Shown: one piece after another, positions 51,558 through 61,761 of the stretch
Layout: every line of letters begins with the position of its first letter
Numbering within the stretch: the first letter of the stretch is position 1
Assembly (NCBI GenBank): GCA_965612735.1
Contig: CBFDSV010000004.1
Span: 8,826 to 72,825, forward strand
Direction of reading: 5' to 3'
DNA: 64,000 nt
From: an uncultured bacterium
Lineage (GTDB): Bacteria > Hydrothermota > UBA3072 > B12-G15
Made by a program: the position numbers and the translations under genes
Notes under the pieces: generated by a model
Seen by the model: only the letters and a program-made list of their open reading frames with translations
Database searches by the model: none
What the model was told of the DNA's origin: nothing

Positions 51558-54196
51558 TGGGAATAAGTGAACAGGAAGCAAGGATTTTAAAACTTTTTGC
51601 AAGCAAGATTGACCCCAATGATGCGGGGGCCCACAACAATCTTGCTGTTGTGTACTTCAACAAAGGCCTGTATGAAGAGGCAATTAAGGAGTTAAAAAAG
51701 GCGCTTGAAATAGACCCACACTTCACACTTGCCAGAAACAATCTGGAGTTCATTTATAAAAAGATTGGTTATTATGATAGGACAATTCAGGAACTTCAAG
51801 AAAAAATCAATGAAAACCCTGATGACCTTGAGTCCCTGAAACAACTTGCAGAGGCATACAAAAACACAGGGCAGTACTTCAAGGCAATCAGAATATACAA
51901 ACAGTACCTTAATAAAAACCCTGAGGATGTTGAGGCAATTGAAAACTATGGTGTTTCCCTGAAGGCAATTGGATTTTATGACGATGCAGCAGATGTTTTC
52001 AGAAGATTATCAAAGATAATTCCTGATTCAAGCCATATAAGAAGACACCTTGGTGAGGTTTATTATAATCTGGGGCTCCTTGACAGGGCAATATCTGAAT
52101 TCAAGGAAGCCATTAAGATAGACCCCAATGATGCTCAGGCACATTTCCTTCTTGCCTTTGTATATGGTGAAAAGGGCGATTTCCAGAGGGCAAAAGAGGA
52201 GACAAAGATAGCAATAAAACTGAACCCCACCCTTGCAAAGACAAAGCCAAATCTTGGGCTTGATTTTTACTCACAGGAAGGATACTCAGGATTTGTAAGT
52301 GTTGAGGATACGGAAAGCAACACCTTCCTCACACATTATTCGCTTGGTATTGCCTTCAGAAATAAGGGGCTCTTCAATGAGGCATTAAAGGAGTTTCAGC
52401 AGGCATTAAAGGTTGACCCTGAAAATGTTATAGTGAGGAAACAACTGGGAGAGATTTATCTCCTGAAAAATGAAAATGAGAAGGCCATTGCAGAGTATGT
52501 TGAGGCAATGAGACAGGATACATCTTCGCCCAAGATTCCAAACGACATTGGTGTAGCATGCCACAGGCTAGGGAAACTTGAGGAGGCACTCTCATGGTAC
52601 AACAAGGCACTTGAGATTGACCCTTCTTATGTTGTTTCATACAACAACCTTGGAATTGTTCACTATCATCTTGGTGATAAAGAAAAATCCATTGAATTTT
52701 TCAAAAAGGCCATTGAGATAGAACCAGATTATCACGACGCATATCTTAATCTCGGACTTGTATATATGCAGGAAGGGGATTTTGACAGGGCAATTGAACT
52801 CTTCAGGAAGGTTATTGAACTCAGAGAAGACTATCCCCTTGCCTATAACTATCTCGGGCTTGTGTATCTTAACAATGGAATGTTTGATGAGGCAATTTAC
52901 AACTTTAAAGAGGCAATTAAGAGAGACCCACAGTTTGCAGAGGCCTACTACAACCTTGGTTTTGCCCTATCCCGTATTGGCAAGTATGACGAGGCACTAA
53001 AGGCAACAAGGAAGGCCCTGGAGATTAACCCATACTATACAAGCAACAGGTTCAAACTTGGAATTGATGTATATTCTGAAAAACTTGAGGTTCTCATATC
53101 AAGGGAACTAACACAGGAAATGGAGATGGAATTTGTTACAGCTGAACCTGAAAGGGACGAGGAGAGCATCTTTGAAGACATATTTGTTGAACCTGAGGGC
53201 CCATCCCTTGATATAGAGACAACCCTTAAAGAAGCACAGAATTTGTTTACACAGGGGCTTTACGACCTTGCCATTGAAAAACTACAGGAGATTGTACGTA
53301 TAGAACCTCAGAATACAGAGGCCTCACTTCTGCTTGCGAGAATTTACAGGATAAAGAAACTCTACGGTGAGGCTTCAGATATACTGAAGAGAATTCAGAG
53401 TGAAAGCAAGGAGGCAGTGAAGGAACTCGCAAGGGTCTTCATTGATACAGGGGATTTCTTCAATGCAAAAATGAAGATTGAATCCCTTCTTGAGAAAGAC
53501 CCTGGTGATGTGGAGAGTTATAAACTCCTCGCATATCTGGCTGAAAAGGAAGGGGATTATGATTCTGCTGTTTACACACTGGAAAAACTGCTCAAGATTG
53601 AAAGGAGTGAAGATATACTGAAAGAACTTGGAAGGTTGTTGATAGAGAAGAAAGAATTTGATAAGGCAGCAGACTATCTAAAAGAGGCATTGGAACTGGG
53701 AAAGGATGTTCATATCTACTATCTGCTCGGCAAAATCATGTATCTGAAAGAGAATTACATTGACAGTAAGTCATATCTTGAAGAGGCAATAAAAATTTCA
53801 CCAGACAATTCTGATGTAAATAAACTTCTTGCAAAGGTTCAACTGAACCTCGGAGAGTTTGAAAGTGCTTTGAAAACAGTGGAGCATCTTAAAGAAAAGG
53901 TCTCTGGAGACAGTGAAATTTATTTGATAGAGGGAAACATCTATACAAGGATTGGTGATAACAGGGCAGCAATTAACTCCTTTGAAAAGGCAATAAGCCT
54001 TGATGAAAACAATATCACTGCTTATAAACTCCTTGCCTCACTCCTTACAAAAACTGGAGAACTTGAGAAATCTATAAAGGTCTGGCAGGAGATACAGAGA
54101 AGATGGCCTGAATCATCTGTTGCAGAAGAGGCAAAACAGGCCATTGAAGCAGCAAAGAAACTTATTGAACTCACTGGAGGATTGGGATGGCAATAG
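51557..54196 (+). CDS. Large multi-TPR protein
   Basis: Many TPR units (AHNNLAVVY, SYNNLGIVH, AYLNLG, AYYNLG); no signal peptide. Confidence 0.9.
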   Translation: MGISEQEARILKLFASKIDPNDAGAHNNLAVVYFNKGLYEEAIKELKKALEIDPHFTLARNNLEFIYKKIGYYDRTIQELQEKINENPDDLESLKQLAEAYKNTGQYFKAIRIYKQYLNKNPEDVEAIENYGVSLKAIGFYDDAADVFRRLSKIIPDSSHIRRHLGEVYYNLGLLDRAISEFKEAIKIDPNDAQAHFLLAFVYGEKGDFQRAKEETKIAIKLNPTLAKTKPNLGLDFYSQEGYSGFVSVEDTESNTFLTHYSLGIAFRNKGLFNEALKEFQQALKVDPENVIVRKQLGEIYLLKNENEKAIAEYVEAMRQDTSSPKIPNDIGVACHRLGKLEEALSWYNKALEIDPSYVVSYNNLGIVHYHLGDKEKSIEFFKKAIEIEPDYHDAYLNLGLVYMQEGDFDRAIELFRKVIELREDYPLAYNYLGLVYLNNGMFDEAIYNFKEAIKRDPQFAEAYYNLGFALSRIGKYDEALKATRKALEINPYYTSNRFKLGIDVYSEKLEVLISRELTQEMEMEFVTAEPERDEESIFEDIFVEPEGPSLDIETTLKEAQNLFTQGLYDLAIEKLQEIVRIEPQNTEASLLLARIYRIKKLYGEASDILKRIQSESKEAVKELARVFIDTGDFFNAKMKIESLLEKDPGDVESYKLLAYLAEKEGDYDSAVYTLEKLLKIERSEDILKELGRLLIEKKEFDKAADYLKEALELGKDVHIYYLLGKIMYLKENYIDSKSYLEEAIKISPDNSDVNKLLAKVQLNLGEFESALKTVEHLKEKVSGDSEIYLIEGNIYTRIGDNRAAINSFEKAISLDENNITAYKLLASLLTKTGELEKSIKVWQEIQRRWPESSVAEEAKQAIEAAKKLIELTGGLGWQ

Positions 54197-55167
54197 AAGG
54201 ACCAATCAAGGAACTCGGGCTTTTTGAACTATTCCAGTTAATATCCTTTGCAAAAAAAAGTGGAAAATTAACAATTAAAAGAACAGGGGAAGATACACAC
54301 ACTTTGTTCTTCAGGGATGGTCTCTTAATTCACATGGAACTTGAGGATAGATTGGGTGATGAATTAAAGAAAAGGGGACTTCTTGGTGAAGATGAATCCA
54401 TTAAAGATGCCATAGATTCAGGTAAATTGAAGCCCAACCAAATCTACCCACTCTTTGCCACAATGGTTGAAAATGCAGTTTTTACCCTTCTCAAACTCAA
54501 GGATGGGTATTTTACATTCACAGAGGAAGATGTTTCGTCACCATGGGGTATGGAACTCAATTTGAGGATTGAAAACCTCCTTATGGAGGGAGCAAGAAGG
54601 ATTGATGAGATAACAAAAATGAGTTCAGTGCTTGAACCTGACAAATGCATCCCTGTAATCTCTGAAGAGATAGAAAAAATGAATTACATAAACCTCTCTC
54701 CAGAGGAATGGGAGATCCTATCCCTGATAGATGGAGAAAAGACAATCAGTGAGATATGCAGGGAGAGAGGTGATGAATTCAAGACAATAAAGGTTTTATA
54801 CGGACTTTTTATGGCAGGGGTTATAAAAAAGTCAGAAGTCGCTTCAGAAATAACCCCTCCCACTGCAGAAGAGGAAGGTCTTGCAAGAGGAATTGAACTT
54901 GCAGATAATCTGTGGAAGGAAGCAAATTATCGGGAAGGCATTGAACTCCTGCTCAGGTTGAGAGAGAGATTTCCGGATGAACCTGTGATTGATTATAATC
55001 TTGGTTTTTTTTACCTCAGAATGGGCAAATGGGGAGAGGCACTCACAGAATTTTCCCGTTTCATCTCCAGAACAAAGGATGGAAATGCAAAAGAAGAAGT
55101 AAGACAATTGCTGGATAAACTGAAGGAAATCTTTGAGCATGAAAAGAAGGAGGGATACATTGGATAA
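54187..55167 (+). CDS. DUF4388 (PATAN-like) domain protein with C-terminal TPR
   Basis: MAIEGPIKELGLFELFQLI...KKSGKLTI...LFFRDG; GYFTF; LLMEGARRIDE; LSPEEWEILSLIDG. Confidence 0.85.
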   Translation: MAIEGPIKELGLFELFQLISFAKKSGKLTIKRTGEDTHTLFFRDGLLIHMELEDRLGDELKKRGLLGEDESIKDAIDSGKLKPNQIYPLFATMVENAVFTLLKLKDGYFTFTEEDVSSPWGMELNLRIENLLMEGARRIDEITKMSSVLEPDKCIPVISEEIEKMNYINLSPEEWEILSLIDGEKTISEICRERGDEFKTIKVLYGLFMAGVIKKSEVASEITPPTAEEEGLARGIELADNLWKEANYREGIELLLRLRERFPDEPVIDYNLGFFYLRMGKWGEALTEFSRFISRTKDGNAKEEVRQLLDKLKEIFEHEKKEGYIG

Positions 55168-55999
55168 TGATGGACTGAAAAGCGCCCCTGGCTCCATTGA
55201 TGTTATGATTTCACTTGCTGACCTCTACATCCAGAACAACCTGCTTGACCAGGCGGTTGAACTTCTCTCAGGTGTGTATAGTGAAAACCCTGATGAACCA
55301 CGGATAATTGAGAAATTGATAGAACTTTATATCCTTAAAGGGAATGAAACAAAGGCAAAAATTCTTCTTCAGCAAGGCTTGTCTGTTGATAAAAATTACG
55401 AGGGCTTTCAAAAATATATGAAATTAATAGAAGAGGAAAAAACAGCCGATAGAATAAGAGAGGTGATTGCAGAGGCAGTGGAAGCAACCGAAGAAGTGAT
55501 ACCGCTTGAGGAACTTGAAGAGGCCAAAACCCCTGCAGAAAAAACAGCAGAGGAACAGGTAGAGAAGGTTGAAGAGGTTGAAAAACCTCTGATAGAGGTA
55601 CCTGAAAAAGAGATTGAACAAAAGGTGGAAGAAGAGGCTGGCGTTGACCCAATAAAAAGGGTGCTCTCAGCTTTATATGAGATAGATGAAGTGCTTGGAA
55701 TGATTTTATCAGATGAAACAGGTCTTTTAATTGCAGAAAACGTGAGGGTGACAATAGATACAGAAAGCACAGGTGCACTTCTCTCCTCAATCTATACAGA
55801 AACTGTTTCCACACTGGAGAGGTTAAATCTGGGTGGATTTGATTATATCATATTTGAATTCCCAAGGGGAGTTGTTCTAATCCTCGCCTCTCCACCAATT
55901 ATTCTCACAGTCATGTGCAAAAAGGACGTTCAGGAAGGGCTTCTGCTGTTGAAGGCAAAAAGTGTTATGGATGAACTGAAAAATATGCTGGGGGTATAG
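55160..55999 (+). CDS. TPR + acidic linker + roadblock/LC7 domain protein
   Basis: SLADLY TPR; Glu-rich linker; VLGMILSDETGLLIAE...GALLSSI...LNLG roadblock; TTG 55160 has GGAGG SD (track start 55133). Confidence 0.8.
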   Translation: MDNDGLKSAPGSIDVMISLADLYIQNNLLDQAVELLSGVYSENPDEPRIIEKLIELYILKGNETKAKILLQQGLSVDKNYEGFQKYMKLIEEEKTADRIREVIAEAVEATEEVIPLEELEEAKTPAEKTAEEQVEKVEEVEKPLIEVPEKEIEQKVEEEAGVDPIKRVLSALYEIDEVLGMILSDETGLLIAENVRVTIDTESTGALLSSIYTETVSTLERLNLGGFDYIIFEFPRGVVLILASPPIILTVMCKKDVQEGLLLLKAKSVMDELKNMLGV

Positions 56000-56000
56000 G

Positions 56001-56339
56001 ATGAAAAAGGAACTTGAACCTTTAATCCAGCTGGACGAAATTTATGGTGTGATTGCCGCATCAACTGATGGTATAATCATTGAATCAGCAACAAGAAAGG
56101 AAATAGACGAGGAGACAGCTGCTGCACTTACTGCAAGAATCTCAAAAGAGGTTGCTGACAAAACAGGGATAAAAAAGAATGTTCTCTCTATTATCAAGGG
56201 TGAAAACGGATATCTTATTTTTACAATAAAAAAGGATTTTGTCCTTGGCATCATTGGTGGAAATGATGTAAATCTAGGAGAGGTTAAACAGGTTTTAAGA
56301 AAGGTTGCTGACAGGATACAGGGCATATTAAGTGGCTGA
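56001..56339 (+). CDS. Roadblock/LC7 domain protein
   Basis: IYGVIAASTDGIIIES...ETAAALTA...IKGENG...VNLG. Confidence 0.85.
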   Translation: MKKELEPLIQLDEIYGVIAASTDGIIIESATRKEIDEETAAALTARISKEVADKTGIKKNVLSIIKGENGYLIFTIKKDFVLGIIGGNDVNLGEVKQVLRKVADRIQGILSG

Positions 56340-56817
56340 GGAAATCCTTTTAGGGGTTGAAACATCCCGAAAAATAGAGGATATACTGAATGGGTTTTTA
56401 AGGGCTTCAGGTGCAAGATGCGTTTTCCTTGTTTCCAGAAGTGGACAACTCATAAGTGAACTGGGATTCACAAGGGACCTGAAGGTTCTCTCAATCGTGG
56501 CACTTCTGTCTGGTATCTTTTCTGCAACGGAAAAGATAGCAAGGCTTATAAAAGAGGAACTTTCAGAACTACTACTTGAAGGGAAGGAGTGGAATGTATA
56601 TTTTAAATACATTGGTAAATCATATGTATTCATAACAATGTACAAGGAAAACTCCATCCTTGGTGTGATAAAGGTTGAATCAAAGATTGCGTGTAAAAAA
56701 CTTCTTGAAATCCTTACAGAGGAAGTACCAATACCAAGGGTTGAAAAATTTGAGGAAGATACAGAAGGAATAACAAAATTAATATCAAAATTCTTTGAGG
56801 AAACATGGGAAGACTGA
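56332..56817 (+). CDS. mglB: MglB-like roadblock protein
   Basis: ARCVFLVSRSGQLIS...VALLSGIFSATEKIARLIKE...LEG matches the pattern of myxobacterial MglB, with an acidic C-terminal helix; GTG start. Confidence 0.75.
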   Translation: MAEEILLGVETSRKIEDILNGFLRASGARCVFLVSRSGQLISELGFTRDLKVLSIVALLSGIFSATEKIARLIKEELSELLLEGKEWNVYFKYIGKSYVFITMYKENSILGVIKVESKIACKKLLEILTEEVPIPRVEKFEEDTEGITKLISKFFEETWED

Positions 56818-59800
56818 TAGCTCTCCTCGTAATTCTATTTCTGATAATAACAATAACCCTACTATCGCCAACAATATATAAGTTCATGTTTAAAAAACTG
56901 GAAAGTGCCATTTTAGAGGCACTACCAGAGGGAAGTTATTTTGAAAAGATGGAATGGAATGTGGTGAGTGAACTGAGGATTAAAAATATACATATAGAAG
57001 GGCTTGGTGACGCAAGTGAGATACTGATAAATTACTTCCCCACAGCAATTCTGAGCAGGAGGATAAGGAGTGTCTATATTGACGGTGCACGGATAAAAAT
57101 CACAGGTTCAGGAGGCGGAGAGAAGAAAGAAAGAACATTTCCTTTATTTTACATAAGAAATTTTATGCTACATAATGCAAGATTGGAATATGGAAATCAT
57201 TTTGTACAGGGTGATTTAAGGGCTAGTGTACGGGGGAGTAAGAGCAGAATGGATATAAGTATCAAATCCTTTTCAGGTTTGTTTGACTCAATACCGGTGG
57301 CGGAATTCAGGACAGATATTGGTCTAAGGGGAAATAAAATCTATTACAACATTTATTCTTTGAGATTCAACCATTCTTCTGCCCATGGCAAGGGAGAGGA
57401 CGACAGGTTTGATTTTTCCCTTGACCTTGACCTCTCCATACCTGGAAAATTTCTGGGAAAAGAAATAAGCGGAAGAGGGGTATTCAACATCAAGGGTAAA
57501 GGAAAAAACTTCAAGGTTAAAGGGATACTCAAACAGGTGTTTTATGATGGATACTATATTGACTCCATGAGTGTATCTGGTATCACTGATTCAATTTACC
57601 TCAAATCAGAAGGGATAACTGCAGTCATTCTCAACAGGGACATTCTCACTCTTAAATTGAACCTGGATAACTTTGACATCAGCCGTATTGACACAGCCCT
57701 TCCACCAACCTCCCTATCAGGCTTGGTTAATCTGAGTAAGAAGGGTGCTGTATACCTTTTCAAAGGTGACCTGAAGGGAAATCTTGCCTTTCTGAAATCC
57801 GATGCCATTTACTTTGACGGACTGCTTGATGGCGAGAATCTGAATATAAGAAAATTCATGCTTCTGTCTCCAGATGGTAATATAACTGTAAATGGCAATT
57901 ATTCTCTTAAAAAACGGACACTTGAAGGATTTGTAAATATAAACAACCTGAATGTTGAAAAACTCCATTACTCTCACATTGTCCCATTCAAGGGCAGGCT
58001 CTCACTTGAGATGAAGGCAACGGGTAAAAGGGCAACAGGTTCCTTCTGGATAGAGGATGGAAGGATTGGAGAATATCAGGCAAGGTATGCTGGCGGAAAT
58101 TTTGACCTGACCGATATTTTTAAACCCAAGGGCGAACTTGACATCTTCTTTCAGGACCTGAAACTCCCCTGGACAGGAATTGGTGCTATTTATTATTCTG
58201 GAAGATTCAATGGAAAGAAGGCAAGGTTCAAGGGTTTCACAAAGGGAAAGGGCTGGAAGGCAAACACTGTGTTTGAGGTTGATGCCACAACAAATTTGTC
58301 CGTCAAACTTGCAAACTTCAACATAACAATGCCTGAATACTCAATTTACCTCTCCTCCACACCAACATTCAAAAAAACAGAAAATGGATGGTCCCTTTCC
58401 TCTCTAACCATAACAGATGGAGACAAATTTACTGCTGGCATTGTAGCAAATGTAGATACATCTTCAGAAATAAATGGCAGTATTTCAATCATTGGGCTTG
58501 ACCTGAAAAAAATAGGTTTGACTCGGGGGATTGACCTGAAGGGTTCTGTTGATGCAATAATAAGGATTCATGGGAAAACAACAAGGCCTGTTTTCAGCGT
58601 CCTTCTCAACGGTGTGGGGGTTGGTAGCGAATACACCATAGGAGATTCCCTTAAATTGACAGGGGAAATAACAAGGGAAAAATTTGTTATTGATAAACTT
58701 ACAATTCTTGAAGGAGGCGCAAAATCCACCATAAATGGTTCCTACACCTTCAAGAACAGATATCTCTCTTTTCTGATTGAGTTGAACGATGCTGGTCCAT
58801 GGCTTTTCACCATAATTAGAGATAGGTTAAAAACCAAGAATTGTCAATTAACAGGTGTTGTCAGGGTGAATGGTAATATAAATTCACCTGAACTTTATGG
58901 AAAGTTGAGAATAAAAAATGGTCTGTTTGTTGAACCATCAACAGGAACAATTCTCAAGAACATTCTTGGGAGTGTGGAGTTAAAGAGGAACAGGGTGTAT
59001 ATAAAGAGTATCAAAGGGAATATAGGTGAGGGAACTTTTTCTTCAAAGGGGAATTTCTATATAAAAGAGAAATCTTATTCAATCTCTGCCAGTTTCAGGA
59101 ATACCCCATTCACCTATGGTTATGTATCATCCATTCTCAATGGTGATTTCAAGATAAATGGCAGGGGAGAGGATATAAAAATAGATGGGGGGATCACCAT
59201 TGACCAGGCTACAATAACTATGCCTTTCAGGATGAAACAGGAAGAAACAGGTAAAAGGCCAGAGAACCTTGTTATAAACCTGGGGATTGATGCAACAAAC
59301 TACAATGTCTGGTTGAAGAATGAAAATGCAGATATAGAACTGGGTGGTAAGGTTAACTTTCAGTATAAGAGGGGAGATATACTCCTTCAGGGCGAACTTG
59401 ATACAAAGCAGGGCAAGTTTAATTATCTCTATACAGACTTCACAATAAAACAGGGTAAATTTATATTCAGAAGTTCTGCTGTTGTTGACCCTGAAATCAA
59501 CCTGCTTGCATACACCACACCAACCCAGTCAGACTCTGTTTTCCTGAATGTTTCTGGAACAATGAGGAATCCCGTATTCAATATTTACTCAAAGCCACCA
59601 AGAAGCCTCAATGAAATCATCGTTCTCCTTGGATTAAATCTTGAATGGGAAGACCTGCTTTCCGTGAGCAAGGTAGAAGACGCCATTTCTTCCTCAGCCT
59701 TCAGGGCATTTGATTACTGGGCAAGGTCAAAACTGGCACAGGAATTCAAGAAAAGGTTTGGGTTTGACATCGCTCAGGTTGAAAAGGGAAGGGCTTATAA

Positions 59801-59981
59801 ACTGGTTGTTGGAAAGTATATATCCAAAAACCTCTACATAAGAGTGGGAACAGAGGTGTTCCCACAACTCAGGCTTGAGTATCAGGCAAACTATAAATTT
59901 GCTCCCTGGGGCATGATCTCTGCCGAGGAAGATAAGTTTGGGAGCAGAAAAATTCTCCTGAGATTCGTGTTCAGGTATTAA
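56805..59981 (+). CDS. tamB: Translocation and assembly module TamB / AsmA-like protein
   Basis: N-terminal TM anchor, long beta-rich repeats, C-terminal DPEINLLA...VSGTMRNP...VGKYISKNLYI...FRY. Confidence 0.82.
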   Translation: MGRLIALLVILFLIITITLLSPTIYKFMFKKLESAILEALPEGSYFEKMEWNVVSELRIKNIHIEGLGDASEILINYFPTAILSRRIRSVYIDGARIKITGSGGGEKKERTFPLFYIRNFMLHNARLEYGNHFVQGDLRASVRGSKSRMDISIKSFSGLFDSIPVAEFRTDIGLRGNKIYYNIYSLRFNHSSAHGKGEDDRFDFSLDLDLSIPGKFLGKEISGRGVFNIKGKGKNFKVKGILKQVFYDGYYIDSMSVSGITDSIYLKSEGITAVILNRDILTLKLNLDNFDISRIDTALPPTSLSGLVNLSKKGAVYLFKGDLKGNLAFLKSDAIYFDGLLDGENLNIRKFMLLSPDGNITVNGNYSLKKRTLEGFVNINNLNVEKLHYSHIVPFKGRLSLEMKATGKRATGSFWIEDGRIGEYQARYAGGNFDLTDIFKPKGELDIFFQDLKLPWTGIGAIYYSGRFNGKKARFKGFTKGKGWKANTVFEVDATTNLSVKLANFNITMPEYSIYLSSTPTFKKTENGWSLSSLTITDGDKFTAGIVANVDTSSEINGSISIIGLDLKKIGLTRGIDLKGSVDAIIRIHGKTTRPVFSVLLNGVGVGSEYTIGDSLKLTGEITREKFVIDKLTILEGGAKSTINGSYTFKNRYLSFLIELNDAGPWLFTIIRDRLKTKNCQLTGVVRVNGNINSPELYGKLRIKNGLFVEPSTGTILKNILGSVELKRNRVYIKSIKGNIGEGTFSSKGNFYIKEKSYSISASFRNTPFTYGYVSSILNGDFKINGRGEDIKIDGGITIDQATITMPFRMKQEETGKRPENLVINLGIDATNYNVWLKNENADIELGGKVNFQYKRGDILLQGELDTKQGKFNYLYTDFTIKQGKFIFRSSAVVDPEINLLAYTTPTQSDSVFLNVSGTMRNPVFNIYSKPPRSLNEIIVLLGLNLEWEDLLSVSKVEDAISSSAFRAFDYWARSKLAQEFKKRFGFDIAQVEKGRAYKLVVGKYISKNLYIRVGTEVFPQLRLEYQANYKFAPWGMISAEEDKFGSRKILLRFVFRY

Positions 59982-61612
59982 GGCTCCATCATAAATGGAT
60001 ACCTGTAATCCTCTGGTGGATTTAGATTCTCCTTGATTGCTCGTGGTGTTGTCCACCTTATCAGGTTGAGATAACTTCCTGCCTTATCATTGGTTCCTGA
60101 TGCCCTGCTTCCACCAAAGGGTTGCTGCCCAACAACTGCTCCTGTTGGCTTGTCATTGATATAGAAGTTACCTGCTGCATGTGTGAGTATTTTTTCTGCA
60201 AGAATTATTGCCTTTCTATCAAGTGCAAAGATTGAACCTGTAAGTCCATAGGGTGATGTTTCATTGCAGAGATTTAACACATCTTCGTATTCATTGTCCT
60301 TATAAACATATATTGTCACAACAGGTCCAAATATCTCCTCAACCATGGTTTTGAACTTTGGATTTGTTGTGAGAATGATTGTGGGTCTTATGAAATAGCC
60401 CTTTGAATCATCATACTCACCACCAGCAACAATCTCTGCCTCACTGGAAGATTTTGCATATTCTATATAGGACACAATTGAATCAAAGGCAGGTTTGTCT
60501 ATCACTGCAGTCATGAAGTTTGTGAAGTCTTCAGGAGAACCCATCTTTATATTCTCTGTTTCCTGAATGAGTTCATCCTTGAATGAACTGTTCCACCAGG
60601 ATTCAGGCAAATATACCCTTGATGCTGCAGAGCACTTCTGACCCTGGTATTCAAAGGCACCCCTTATGATTGCTGTTAAAGTTACCTTCTTGTTGGCACT
60701 GGGGTGAACTACGATGAAGTCCTTTCCACCTGTTTCACCAACTATCCTTGGATAACTCTTGTAATTCTTTATATTCTCACCCACTATCCTCCACATGGTC
60801 TGGAATGTGTTTGTGGAGCCAGTGAAGTGTATTCCTGCAAGTTCAGGATGTCTGAGTATGATGTTACCAAGTTTACTACCTGAACCAGGGATAAAGTTAA
60901 TCACACCATCAGGAAGACCTGCCTCCTGAAAGAGTTTCATTATCCAGTATGCAGTATATACTGCACTTGAAGCAGGTTTCCACAGAACCACATTCCCCAT
61001 CATTGCAGGTGAAGATGGAAGATTACCAGCAATGGAGGCAAAATTAAAGGGTGTTACAGCAAATATAAAACCTTCAAGTGGGCGATATTCAAGCCTGTTG
61101 TATGCTGGCATAGCAGAGTCTGGCTGGTCTTCATAAATCTTTCTCATATAGTATGTATTAAATCTAAAGAAGTCTATAAGTTCACATGCAGAATCAATCT
61201 CTGCCTGGAAGACAGTTTTGCTCTGGCAATGCATACATGCTGCATTCAGGGTGCTTCTCCAAGAGGTTGACAGCAGTTCAGCAGCACGCATAAATATGGA
61301 AGCCCTGTGTTCCCACGACATCTGGCTCCATTCCTTATATGCCTTTCTTGCAGCCTCTATGGCCATCTCCACTTCCTTCTCCCCGGCCTTATGATAAATA
61401 CCAATCTTTGTCCCATGCTCATGAGGTATTATGCAATCTCCAGTATCCCCAGTCCTTACCTCTTTACCACCAATAATAAGGGGAATATCTATAACCTGTG
61501 ACTTTAACTCTTTCAGTTTTTCTTTGAGTTGCACTTTTTCTTTACTTTTAGGGGCATAAGAAAGAACTGGCTCATTTTTAGGCTTTTCAAGTTTAAATAT
61601 ACCGTTTCCCAT
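59978..61612 (-). CDS. pruA: L-glutamate gamma-semialdehyde (P5C) dehydrogenase
   Basis: NEPVLSY, QAEIDSACELIDF, PFNF, FTGS, GETGGKDF, FEYQGQKCSA, EEIFGP, NDKPTGAVVGQQPFGG. Confidence 0.95.
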   Translation of the reverse strand: MGNGIFKLEKPKNEPVLSYAPKSKEKVQLKEKLKELKSQVIDIPLIIGGKEVRTGDTGDCIIPHEHGTKIGIYHKAGEKEVEMAIEAARKAYKEWSQMSWEHRASIFMRAAELLSTSWRSTLNAACMHCQSKTVFQAEIDSACELIDFFRFNTYYMRKIYEDQPDSAMPAYNRLEYRPLEGFIFAVTPFNFASIAGNLPSSPAMMGNVVLWKPASSAVYTAYWIMKLFQEAGLPDGVINFIPGSGSKLGNIILRHPELAGIHFTGSTNTFQTMWRIVGENIKNYKSYPRIVGETGGKDFIVVHPSANKKVTLTAIIRGAFEYQGQKCSAASRVYLPESWWNSSFKDELIQETENIKMGSPEDFTNFMTAVIDKPAFDSIVSYIEYAKSSSEAEIVAGGEYDDSKGYFIRPTIILTTNPKFKTMVEEIFGPVVTIYVYKDNEYEDVLNLCNETSPYGLTGSIFALDRKAIILAEKILTHAAGNFYINDKPTGAVVGQQPFGGSRASGTNDKAGSYLNLIRWTTPRAIKENLNPPEDYRYPFMMEP

Positions 61613-61643
61613 CCGTTCACCTCCTTTTTTATTTTCCTGTGTG

Positions 61644-61672
61644 ATAATATGTTAAAAAGGGATATATGTCAA
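61644..61672 (-). promoter_or_regulatory. Putative promoter for pruA
   Basis: TTGACA-17-TATTAT, followed by GGAGGT SD. Confidence 0.6.
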
Positions 61673-61726
61673 GGATTGAAGAATAATATATCAGTTTTTT
61701 CTAACCATCAGGCAGTCAAAATCTTG

Positions 61727-61755
61727 TTGACATATCCGATAATTCTCTATATAAT
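61727..61755 (+). promoter_or_regulatory. Consensus sigma70 promoter for the diguanylate cyclase (leaderless)
   Basis: Perfect TTGACA-17-TATAAT-6 nt-ATG(61762). Confidence 0.75.
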
Positions 61756-61761
61756 TTAAAT

